Assembly (NCBI GenBank): GCA_043765655.1
Contig: JAYUIW010000078.1
Span: 1 to 39,185 of the forward strand
Origin: a bacterium
GTDB lineage: Bacteria; Patescibacteriota; JACMRA01
Reading direction: 5' to 3'
DNA: 39,185 nucleotides
In this document: positions 1 through 7,572 of the stretch, piece by piece
Layout: the number at the start of each line of letters is the position of its first letter
How positions within the stretch are numbered: position 1 is the first letter of the stretch
Translations under genes and position numbers: made by a program
The notes under the pieces: generated by a model
What the model was told of the DNA's origin: nothing
Databases searched by the model: none
What the model saw: only the letters and a program-made list of their open reading frames with translations

Positions 1-143
1 CAATATTCTAAAACTAGCTTCAACCTGCCTCAATTTTTATGAAAAAATTATCAAAACCTTTGAATTAATGGGGTAATTAGGAGTGGGTTAGGTGTAATGT
101 TGTTTTTACTGATGTCAAAAGATATGCAGACAAAATACGAACA

Positions 144-515
144 ATGAATAATTCCAAGCATCTTAGGATTTCTCAAAAAGTAAACTCAGGGACTTCAAAG
201 GCACATTTACATAGGAATTATTCCACTGATGTAATTGCTAATAATGGTAACAAATTACATTTCAGGTCTTCGCTCGATATTGAACCAAACTTTGAAAAGC
301 CAATTTATTTTGAGAATTGCTTTGTTGAAAATCCAGATGGAAATAGTAGATTATATTTAATTTATTCAACTGGAACATTGAGTTACGATCAGAACATGAA
401 AAGATTGAATCACCTTTATGAAGATTATTTTGATAAACATCACAATGAGCCGAATTCGCCAAAAGTTACAAAGGTAAATGAAAACAAAACAAGTATTTTA
501 CTTCATCCAAGATAA
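144..515 (+). CDS. hypothetical protein (123 aa)
   Basis: Intact ATG..TAA ORF from the track. No motif I can name. Confidence 0.35.
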   Translation: MNNSKHLRISQKVNSGTSKAHLHRNYSTDVIANNGNKLHFRSSLDIEPNFEKPIYFENCFVENPDGNSRLYLIYSTGTLSYDQNMKRLNHLYEDYFDKHHNEPNSPKVTKVNENKTSILLHPR

Positions 516-552
516 GTTCAAAGATATCTTATTAAACATAAATAATCTTTAC

Positions 553-581
553 TTGACTATAATTCTTTACTTTTGTATAAT
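553..581 (+). promoter_or_regulatory. sigma70-like promoter of the TA pair
   Basis: TTGACT (553-558), 17-nt spacer, TATAAT (576-581), 31 nt upstream of ATG 613. Confidence 0.55.
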
Positions 582-612
582 TACTTTACTAATAAGTTTA
601 ATATTTATCAAG

Positions 613-879
613 ATGCTCAAAACAAATTTCAACTTACCCAGTAATCAAAAAATCGTCAAAATCTCCAGCAAAGGACAAATTACCCTACCCAAAGCTTTTT
701 TGACAAAAATAGGACTAGATAATGGTCAAAATATTCTTGTTCAATTAGCCAATAATCGTATAGAGATAATTAACGAACAAAAAAATAATATTAACAAACT
801 TCAAAAATTCAAACCAATATCAATTGGAGGTATAGTTAAAGTTAATTTTTCTGGTGAGCATAACGAAATCTATGACTAA
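613..879 (+). CDS. vapB: AbrB/SpoVT-fold antitoxin (VapB-like)
   Basis: Motif KISSKGQITLPKAFLTKIGLDNGQNILV is typical of SpoVT/AbrB antitoxins. I start at ATG 613, downstream of the promoter, rather than at track start 478. The 3' end overlaps the PIN ORF by 26 nt. Confidence 0.7.
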   Translation: MLKTNFNLPSNQKIVKISSKGQITLPKAFLTKIGLDNGQNILVQLANNRIEIINEQKNNINKLQKFKPISIGGIVKVNFSGEHNEIYD

Positions 880-1258
880 AATACTTTGTGATTCTGATTT
901 TTTGGTGGCTTTGCTAATCGAAGAAGATTCCAATCATACTAAGGCTATTGAGATTTTACAGCAAAATATAGCTTGTAAATTCATCTATTCCAATCTTACC
1001 AAATACGAACTTATGACTGTCTTGTCGCGAAAATTACCACAAAATATAGCTGTTCAAGCTTTTGAATTATTCCAAAAAACTTTCGTAGATGAATTTATTT
1101 TTGATCGCAAGTTAGAACTTCAAATCATTGAATTTTATAAAAAATCTAAAAACAAAAATCAATCTTTTTTTGATATTGCTTGTCTTTTTTTGGCTGAAGA
1201 TTATAATTGTAAAATTGCAAGCTTTGACAAGTTTTATCCAACAGAAATTTTAGTTTAA
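854..1258 (+). CDS. vapC: PIN-domain ribonuclease toxin (VapC-like)
   Basis: Acidic PIN signature positions are present: ILCDSDFLVAL near the N-terminus, FFDIACLFLAED, and C-terminal SFDKF. About 134 aa, translationally overlapped with the upstream antitoxin. Confidence 0.75.
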   Translation: MSITKSMTKILCDSDFLVALLIEEDSNHTKAIEILQQNIACKFIYSNLTKYELMTVLSRKLPQNIAVQAFELFQKTFVDEFIFDRKLELQIIEFYKKSKNKNQSFFDIACLFLAEDYNCKIASFDKFYPTEILV

Positions 1259-1273
1259 TCGTAATATTTTTTT

Positions 1274-2053
1274 ATGTCTTATTCTGATAATTCTCACATC
1301 TGGATTGCCAGAAAATCCAAGAATCATCTTGCTCACGATTGGATAGAAAAGCCTGCAATGAAGTCATTGTTACCGGATCTCAAAAGTCAAAATATCCTTT
1401 GTCTTGGCTGTGGAAGCGGAGAAGAAGTTTTAGAATTATCTCAGCTTGGTGCGAGTTATATCTTGGGAATTGATTCAAGCAACGAACTTATTGAATTTGC
1501 TAATAATAATTATTCTAAGGCAAACAAAATAGAATTCAAAACAGCCAAAATTGAAGATATTAATGAAAGTTTTTTGGAGAAACAAAGTAATAAAGTTACT
1601 AGGTTTGATTTAGTTTATTCTTCTCTAGCCTTGCATTATATTGAAGACTGGGAGCGACTTTTGGATAATCTTCGAAGTATCCTCGAGCCAAATGCTCAAA
1701 TTCTTTTTTCGGTGCATCATCCTATCAAGTGGGGTTCACAATCAACCAAAACCAAAGAACAAAACTCATTCCTACTAGGTTATTCTAAAAACAAACTTAA
1801 CTCTAATTCCTACAAAGTCTATGGAGATTACATGACAACAAGACAGGTTGACTACGAGCTTTTTAACAAGATTCCTATTCAATTCTATCACCGATCGATC
1901 TCTACCATGTGGAATGAGATTAACAATTCTGGGTATCAAGTTCTAGAATTCTTGGAGCCAAAACCGATCGAAGAAGCTAAGTCCAAAATAGATTTTTGGG
2001 AGGTTTATTCACGGATTCCACTATTCCTAATCTGGAAAATTAAATTGAAGTGA
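1274..2053 (+). CDS. class I SAM-dependent methyltransferase
   Basis: Motif I ILCLGCGSGEEVLELSQLGA, post-I GIDSS, and later DLVYSSLALHYI, typical of the Methyltransf_11/25 family. Substrate unknown. Confidence 0.8.
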   Translation: MSYSDNSHIWIARKSKNHLAHDWIEKPAMKSLLPDLKSQNILCLGCGSGEEVLELSQLGASYILGIDSSNELIEFANNNYSKANKIEFKTAKIEDINESFLEKQSNKVTRFDLVYSSLALHYIEDWERLLDNLRSILEPNAQILFSVHHPIKWGSQSTKTKEQNSFLLGYSKNKLNSNSYKVYGDYMTTRQVDYELFNKIPIQFYHRSISTMWNEINNSGYQVLEFLEPKPIEEAKSKIDFWEVYSRIPLFLIWKIKLK

Positions 2054-2096
2054 GGTGTGAAGTTATTGCTTGATCTTGCTAAAGGTGACAAAATAG

Positions 2097-2152
2097 TTAC
2101 CCCTTTGAGAAGGGGTGAGCCAAAGGCTCGGGGATTTTATTTTAGAAGATAA
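2097..2152 (+). terminator. double-hairpin terminator module, family A copy 1
   Basis: CCCCTT-TGAG-AAGGGG, then GAGCC-AAA-GGCTC, then GGGGATTTTATTTTAGAAGATAA. Lies directly after the methyltransferase stop. Confidence 0.65.
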
Positions 2153-2235
2153 TCAATGAAATGTGTATAAAATTAAACAAAGTTTTGACAACAACAGCTT
2201 TTTTGAGATAAAATAAAAGTATAATAACTAACATA

Positions 2236-3009
2236 ATGATTGCTTCAAAATTCCATATAACTCATCTGTACCCCAACGAACTTGCCTTGTATGGTGATAT
2301 TGGTAATATTATCGCAATTGAGCGAATATTAGAGGGAATTGGCTGGGAATATGTTATTAATAAGGTCAACATTGGAGACGAGCTACCTCAGTACAACGAT
2401 ATAATTTTTATTGGCGGCGGACAAGACAACGAACAGGCCAAAGTCGCAATAGATCTCCAAAGACACAAACAAAAACTTCAACAACTGGTTAATTCAGATA
2501 CAAGCTTAGTTGCGGTATGTGGAGGTTATCAGCTTCTAGGTCAAAGTTTGGAATTGACCGGTGGAATTTTGCCAACTATTTCTATATTTCCTATTATAAC
2601 AACAGCTATTGAGAACAATCCCAAAACTAGATGTATCGGTAATATAATCCTAGAATCAAAGTTAGAAGGAATCGACGCCAAGTTAGTTGGTTTTGAGAAT
2701 CATTCTGGACAGACTAGTTTTGTTGGAGAGTATTTTAGACCACTTGGCAAAGTTGTTTTTGGGCATGGGAATAGTCATAATTCTGGCTTCGAAGGTTGTA
2801 TTTACAAAAACGCAATTGGAACTTATCTACATAATTTTTTGCCTAAAAATCCAGAAATCACCGCATGGTTAATCAATAAAGCTGTAGAAAAAAAGAAAAA
2901 CCTCAACCAAATCAGTCTTGCAAAATACCAAATGGTCAAAGAATACGAAGTAGATACAACAATTGCCAGCGCTATTCGCAGAAACCTAATAGAAAGATTT
3001 GTAAAATAA
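2236..3009 (+). CDS. gatD: GatD-type glutamine amidotransferase (lipid II isoglutaminyl synthase glutaminase subunit / CobQ-like GATase)
   Basis: LYGDIGNI, GGGQDNEQ, nucleophile elbow VCGGYQLLG, VGFENHSGQT, GHGNS..GFEG, GTYLHNFLPKNP. This matches the GatD pattern known from S. aureus and S. pneumoniae. Confidence 0.8.
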   Translation: MIASKFHITHLYPNELALYGDIGNIIAIERILEGIGWEYVINKVNIGDELPQYNDIIFIGGGQDNEQAKVAIDLQRHKQKLQQLVNSDTSLVAVCGGYQLLGQSLELTGGILPTISIFPIITTAIENNPKTRCIGNIILESKLEGIDAKLVGFENHSGQTSFVGEYFRPLGKVVFGHGNSHNSGFEGCIYKNAIGTYLHNFLPKNPEITAWLINKAVEKKKNLNQISLAKYQMVKEYEVDTTIASAIRRNLIERFVK

Positions 3010-3040
3010 TTTTTTTGAGAAAATAAAAATAGTAATTAAT

Positions 3041-3862
3041 ATGAATATTCTCCTCAATCTCCAAAAATCCATTGAATCTATTCAAGATTCGTTCAGACTC
3101 GGTGTTCGCAAATCAATTTTAATTTTTTGTGGAATTGGAATAGTATTAATAATCCCGATGTATTACCTATCCGCGAGTGTTGCTAATTGGTGGTTTTTTG
3201 CTCCATTTAATCCTTTTGGGTTGCAACAGATGGCAATCGTACAATCCAAACTAGATTCCAAGATCGATGTCAAAATAAAAGATGCCGGAACTTCTCTGCT
3301 AACCTCCAAAGAAAAAATCTTGATGATGTTCATGGATAATTCTGCTAATCCTAACTTCGGTTACAATCCACTAGTGTACAAAAAACAAGTTCTGGATTCT
3401 ACTGGCAAACTCATCTCAGAAAAAATCGAAAAAAGCTATCTTTTGCCTTCTCAAATCAAATATATCGCGACCACAACTGACAATATTAACGCTTCCAAAA
3501 TCAACCTAGAAATTCTCCCAGAAAGTAAATTAACGGAATTTAATTCCGTCGCCAATCCACTCCTTAGTAATATTAATATCGAAATCCGAGACAAATCCAT
3601 CAAAGATACCGGTGATTCGTTGCAGATTAAGGCTAGTGTCAAAAATAATTCCAACTTCGTTATCAAAAGAATAGATCTGACATTGTTAATTCGTGATACT
3701 CTGGATTCAATTGTTGGAGTACAGATAACTGGAGTTAACGATATTCAACCGCAGTTTACCCAGGAAGTTATTTTTGATTACCCTAAGCCCGTCGACAAGG
3801 TAATTCGCGATAATCTCGATGTTCGCTACGATATTAATATTTTGGATCCTAATATTATTTAG
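3041..3862 (+). CDS. hypothetical N-terminally membrane-anchored protein (273 aa)
   Basis: One hydrophobic segment (ILIFCGIGIVLIIPMYYL), no recognisable domain. Ends TAG followed directly by TAA. Confidence 0.5.
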   Translation: MNILLNLQKSIESIQDSFRLGVRKSILIFCGIGIVLIIPMYYLSASVANWWFFAPFNPFGLQQMAIVQSKLDSKIDVKIKDAGTSLLTSKEKILMMFMDNSANPNFGYNPLVYKKQVLDSTGKLISEKIEKSYLLPSQIKYIATTTDNINASKINLEILPESKLTEFNSVANPLLSNINIEIRDKSIKDTGDSLQIKASVKNNSNFVIKRIDLTLLIRDTLDSIVGVQITGVNDIQPQFTQEVIFDYPKPVDKVIRDNLDVRYDINILDPNII

Positions 3863-3943
3863 TAAGATTTCTCTTCATATTGTCAAAAAGTATACTCAAA
3901 CTCAGCCCAACTTTTACATTTTAGAAAAAAGTAATAAATAGTT

Positions 3944-4027
3944 CCCCTTTGAGAAAGATAACTGGTACAGCCGTACTTGCCTCGGCGACACAGTGCTAGA
4001 GGGAGTGTCACGAAGTGACGGAGGATT
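3944..4027 (+). repeat. GC-rich structured intergenic element (starts like family A, inner part related to the insert of element 16205-16279)
   Basis: Starts CCCCTTTGAGAA as in family A. Then TAACTGGTACAGCCGTACTTGCCTCGGCGACACAG, alignable by eye with TAACTGGTTGCAAGTCGGACTTG..CCTCGGCACGACAAG at 16218-16267. Local hairpins GGTAC-AGCC-GTACT and GTCAC-GAA-GTGAC. Confidence 0.4.
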
Positions 4028-4071
4028 AATTTGTCAAAGTTGAGTTGGGAACGGTTGTAATAGCAAAGTTT

Positions 4072-4111
4072 TTTGGGTAAAAGAAAAAAGCCTTAGTTGT
4101 GAGCCAAGGCT
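4072..4111 (-). terminator. rho-independent terminator (minus strand)
   Basis: On the minus strand: AGCCTT-GGCTCACAACT-AAGGCT, followed by TTTTTTCTTTTACCCAAAA. Confidence 0.5.
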
Positions 4112-4403
4112 AAATTGTGACCATGCAAGACAAAAGATTGAATCGTCTTAATCATAAAATTCAACTCACCAATATTCTTTTTTTGAATATTTTGCTCTGT
4201 TTTATAAAAGTGAGTGGGTTAAGTCGTTATGAAGATTGATTCGAATTCGCCGCTACCAAAGACATAGAATTGTTTTGTTGATATACTCGGTCTTGGGGTT
4301 TTAGCAGAATTCTGAACATTTTTGTTTTTATTTTTGTTTTAGAATTATTTTTATTACTTTTTGTTTAGATTTTGCTGTTTGAGGTTTTTTGTTTACATGG
4401 TCA
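4085..4403 (-). ncRNA. candidate ~300-nt non-coding transcript (or long 3' UTR) downstream of the orphan operon
   Basis: Bounded by promoter 4410-4438 and terminator 4072-4111. Only 12-, 20- and 30-codon ORFs on this strand. Nested stems ACTCAC..GTGAGT enclosing AATATTC-A7-GAATATT, plus TTGAAT..ATTCAA. Confidence 0.25.
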
Positions 4404-4409
4404 TTCTTT

Positions 4410-4438
4410 AGTATACTTTATATTTTTTATTTTTGCAA
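4410..4438 (-). promoter_or_regulatory. orphan sigma70-like promoter (minus strand)
   Basis: TTGCAA (4438-4433), 17-nt spacer, TATACT (4415-4410). Sits just downstream of the stop at 4458. Confidence 0.35.
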
Positions 4439-4457
4439 ATACCGATTGAAGTTAGGT

Positions 4458-4883
4458 TTATCGGCTAGGAAAGTTTCTATAATGAGAGCTTGTTCTTTGC
4501 GGTTGAGGGTAAGCATCTTTTGACTTAAAGTTAAAAATATTCTGGCAATGTCTAATTATTTGTGCATAATCCCAAGATTCCAGTGGATTATTGGTTATCC
4601 CAAGTTCAGCAGTGTATTTGTTTAGCAACCGAATAGTTCCAGGTTGGAAAGGTATCGTTTCATTATTTGGGTCAAGATCGCTAAGTAAAAGAGGATTTTG
4701 CACCGCTCTATAAAAATTCTAAATACACGGAGGAGCTGAATCTATACTAGGATCTCCAAAAATAAATCCTTTTTCTATAAGCTTTGGGATGCATTCACTC
4801 CTTAATTCTAGTGTAGTCAAGCCAACTTGTTCTTGAAGACCAGTGGCAAGTAGTGGTGCCATTTTTTCGTTGTAAGTAGTCAT
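4458..4883 (-). pseudogene. small ORF interrupted by one in-frame TAG (54 codons + TAG + 86 codons), unknown function
   Basis: ATG at 4883 lies 4 nt after the stop of the 689-aa gene. Hand translation gives MTTYNEKMAPLLATGLQEQVGLTTLELRSECIPKLIEKGFIFGDPSIDSAPPCI, then TAG at 4719-4721. The same frame continues NFYRA and then the track ORF 4458-4703. Confidence 0.45.
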
Positions 4884-4887
4884 AGGT

Positions 4888-6957
4888 TTATTGTAATTTT
4901 TTGAGGGTTGCTAATAATTCTTCTTTAACTTTTTTGATTCTGAGTTGGAATTCTCCAGTTGTATTTTTTTCTAATTTATTTAACATTTCTAAAGTATTGC
5001 TATAAAATCTATAGCTGTCTTTACTCCAAAACTTAGGCTTGGGAACATATGCCAAAAAATCTTTCAATTTGTATTCTGTTTCCAGACTTGGTTGTAACAA
5101 ATATCTAATTAGAATTCTATTTATTATTTCTCCATTTATAATTTTTCCAAAGCCATCAAAAACTTCAGATAATATTTTTTCTATTTTTATTAATTCTTGG
5201 TCAATATTTTCTAGATTTTTTTCTAAATTTGGTACTTTTGAATTAATTTTTGTTTGAATATTTGTTCTATAGTTATTATATTTTGTATATTTATCAAAAA
5301 TATTTTGCAATATATCAATTTCTTTTATATCAAAGCTATCTTTATCAAAACTGCTACCACCAATTGATTTAACAGTTCTTTTAAAATTTTCGATATACTG
5401 AATACCTTCTATGTCTTTTGGTTTGTCTTTATTGGAATTTTTAGCAATATTTAAGTTATTCATATTGTCTAAAGTTACTGGAACAATTATATCAAAACAA
5501 TTAACATTGTCTACCATTGATACCTTATATGCAACCCTACAATTACCATTCGATATCGATTCTGCAATGCATTTGGTTTCTTCAATAGTTAAGTTTAGAT
5601 CTGGAGAGACTATTAATGGAAGAGTAAAATCTTGCTCTAAATTTTTAATGTATGCCTGAATTTCGGACCGGAGTTGATTGAATTCAATTTTAGAATTTTT
5701 AGTGTCATAGTTTTTTTCCATAGCAATTGGCTGATTAAGCTCAGACATAAAATCCAAATTTCTACCTTTGATATGTTCTAGCAAGACATCTGAATTGCCA
5801 CTCTCAACTGCAAAGTATCGATAACCAGTACATGATCTAATTATACCGTTATATATTTCATTAAATTTAGTTGCACAGAACAAAATACTCCATTTATTAT
5901 TATCTTTATCTTCAATATTTTGGATTGCAATGGAATTGATTCCATAAAACGATTCTATAATTTTTAATTGAGATCCTTCTATCGCTTCGTTAATATGTTT
6001 TGGAATTATTTCTTTTGGGAAGCTGTTACACATATATTTTCCTGTGAATCGTGTTGAAATACTGGTTCCATCTTTTCCAGTTGCTAAATCTACCCCCGTT
6101 CTGAACTCATACACAGTTGCTTTAACCATTTCGTGAGATTCTAAAGTTATAGGAGCTTCTGGTTGAGCATTTGGAGTTGATGGTATGACAATGGGTGTGT
6201 GGTACTCATTATTTCTAGCAATCTGATCTCTAATACTATGAATACTGTCCTTACCAAAACGTTGCTCTAGTGATTCCATGATTGGGGTGCTTTGACAAAA
6301 AGTTTGAACAAAATGCTCGTTAGGAGGAGTATCGCCTCTCAAAAAACTTATAACCCAGCTTGGAATTTGTACATTTATTTTCTCCTTTGATGAAATGTTG
6401 TTACCGCTATTATCCATTGAATCAAAATCACGATTGTTGGTTGATTGCGAAGGTTGATAGGGGAGTTCTTGTTCTTCCAAGGATTGAATTTGTTGTTCTA
6501 GATTTTGTAATTCTGCTCTTCTTGTTTGCAAAGTATTCCAAGTAGGATCTATACTTTTGTTTTTGTATTCTATATAGGCTTCTTTGTTTGCCCATGCTTC
6601 TTCAAGGCTTGTAATTTGTTTTTGGAGAGTAGATTTTTTGTTTTGCAAAATCTTTGGATACATTTGTTCCAAGGTAGAACGCCCAAAATTACTATTGGAA
6701 GATAATTGATTGTCAGCTGGTCTGTATTGATTAAAATAATCTGTAACAGAATTATAGCCTTGTGAGTGCATGTTTAGATGCAACCATTCCAAGTCTTCAC
6801 CTCTTATTGTTCCTGTTGTCAAACCTATACACAAATCTGGAATTTTTGGGTCAGTACCTACAACAAAACCACTCTTTTCAACGACTTCTGCTGAAGATAT
6901 TTCTTGGGAACTTATTCTATAGTATTTTTTGAGAATGATTGTATTTTTGAATTGCAT
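4888..6957 (-). CDS. orphan 689-aa protein, coiled-coil-rich, no recognisable domain
   Basis: Long intact ORF with its own promoter. No signal peptide, TM segment, nucleotide-binding or nuclease motif that I can recognise. Q/E-rich coiled-coil stretches around aa 100-170 and 560-620. Confidence 0.7.
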   Translation of the reverse strand: MQFKNTIILKKYYRISSQEISSAEVVEKSGFVVGTDPKIPDLCIGLTTGTIRGEDLEWLHLNMHSQGYNSVTDYFNQYRPADNQLSSNSNFGRSTLEQMYPKILQNKKSTLQKQITSLEEAWANKEAYIEYKNKSIDPTWNTLQTRRAELQNLEQQIQSLEEQELPYQPSQSTNNRDFDSMDNSGNNISSKEKINVQIPSWVISFLRGDTPPNEHFVQTFCQSTPIMESLEQRFGKDSIHSIRDQIARNNEYHTPIVIPSTPNAQPEAPITLESHEMVKATVYEFRTGVDLATGKDGTSISTRFTGKYMCNSFPKEIIPKHINEAIEGSQLKIIESFYGINSIAIQNIEDKDNNKWSILFCATKFNEIYNGIIRSCTGYRYFAVESGNSDVLLEHIKGRNLDFMSELNQPIAMEKNYDTKNSKIEFNQLRSEIQAYIKNLEQDFTLPLIVSPDLNLTIEETKCIAESISNGNCRVAYKVSMVDNVNCFDIIVPVTLDNMNNLNIAKNSNKDKPKDIEGIQYIENFKRTVKSIGGSSFDKDSFDIKEIDILQNIFDKYTKYNNYRTNIQTKINSKVPNLEKNLENIDQELIKIEKILSEVFDGFGKIINGEIINRILIRYLLQPSLETEYKLKDFLAYVPKPKFWSKDSYRFYSNTLEMLNKLEKNTTGEFQLRIKKVKEELLATLKKLQ

Positions 6958-6980
6958 AAAAAAAGTTATTAATTAATTTA

Positions 6981-7009
6981 ATTATACCATACATTATTAC
7001 TATTTGCAA
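6981..7009 (-). promoter_or_regulatory. promoter of the 689-aa gene
   Basis: TTGCAA (7009-7004), 17-nt spacer ending TGG (extended -10), TATAAT (6986-6981), about 23 nt before ATG 6957. Confidence 0.6.
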
Positions 7010-7085
7010 GTGCTTTTGACCCTAAAAAAAATACCTCTATAAGGTTATATCAAAGGTAAAGGTTTTTATGATTTGTTGACTTTTT

Positions 7086-7568
7086 TTAGGACTTGAACCG
7101 CACATCCATTAGACCACACATTGCAATTGCCAAGGCATCGGCGGCATCATCTGGACCGTTTATCTTATCAATTTTGTACAGTTTTTTGACCATTGTTTGG
7201 ATTTGTTTTTTGTCGGCTCTACCGTAATTACAGATAGATTTTTTGACTTGAAGTGGAGTTATATTTTTGACTTGTATATTATTCTTAGCTAGATGGGCTA
7301 CGATTGCCCCACGACTTTGAGCTACATCAATAACTGTCTTGGCATTTTTGAAGAAAAAGAGATCTTCTACAATCGCGAATGTTGGTTGGTATTTTTGGAT
7401 CAAAATATCAAGGTCGCTAATTATCTCGGCAATTCTCCGCTCTTGTTCGCCGTCAGCTCGCTTGTCGGTAGTTATAACTCCATAATCAATTATAACTGGA
7501 TTAGACAATGTACCTTCCACAAAGGCAAATCCGATAATATTAATCCCTGGGTCAATTCCTAGTAGCAT
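7086..7568 (-). CDS. ruvC: crossover junction endodeoxyribonuclease RuvC
   Basis: MLLGIDPG..IGFAFVEG, AIVEDLFFFKN, AQSRGAIV, ITPLQVKKSICNYGRADKKQIQ, DDAADALAIAMC. Start moved to ATG 7568 (the track extension 7569-7622 is hydrophobic junk). Confidence 0.9.
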   Translation of the reverse strand: MLLGIDPGINIIGFAFVEGTLSNPVIIDYGVITTDKRADGEQERRIAEIISDLDILIQKYQPTFAIVEDLFFFKNAKTVIDVAQSRGAIVAHLAKNNIQVKNITPLQVKKSICNYGRADKKQIQTMVKKLYKIDKINGPDDAADALAIAMCGLMDVRFKS

Positions 7569-7572
7569 AAAG

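Noticed and set aside
478-612. N-terminal 45-codon extension of the antitoxin ORF in the track
   Set aside because: The extension contains the TTGACT-N17-TATAAT promoter and translates to a hydrophobic, low-complexity peptide. The AbrB-type domain starts right after Met at 613.
3881-3886. Minus-strand TTGACA just after the stop of ORF 3041-3862
   Set aside because: The hexamer 17 nt downstream is ACTAAA, a poor -10. Transcription would run antisense into the coding region with no ORF or structure to support it.
4231-4260. tRNA-like T-arm (GATTCGAATTCGCC)
   Set aside because: No acceptor stem, D-arm or anticodon arm can be drawn, and GTTCGAATC-type consensus is absent. No tRNA, rRNA or tmRNA signatures were seen anywhere in the window.
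4316-4395. Possible CRISPR-like or tandem repeat (recurring TTTTTGTTTT units)
   Set aside because: This is just a T-rich low-complexity stretch. The units are irregular in length and spacing, and there are no conserved repeats of 24 nt or more separated by unique spacers.
4888-6957. The 689-aa orphan as a Cas12/TnpB-like RNA-guided nuclease, with the adjacent non-coding DNA as its guide RNA or array
   Set aside because: I could find no RuvC I/II/III-like D..E..D arrangement and no C-terminal CxxC..CxxC zinc finger. There is no repeat-spacer array and there are no IS ends. The similarity is positional only.
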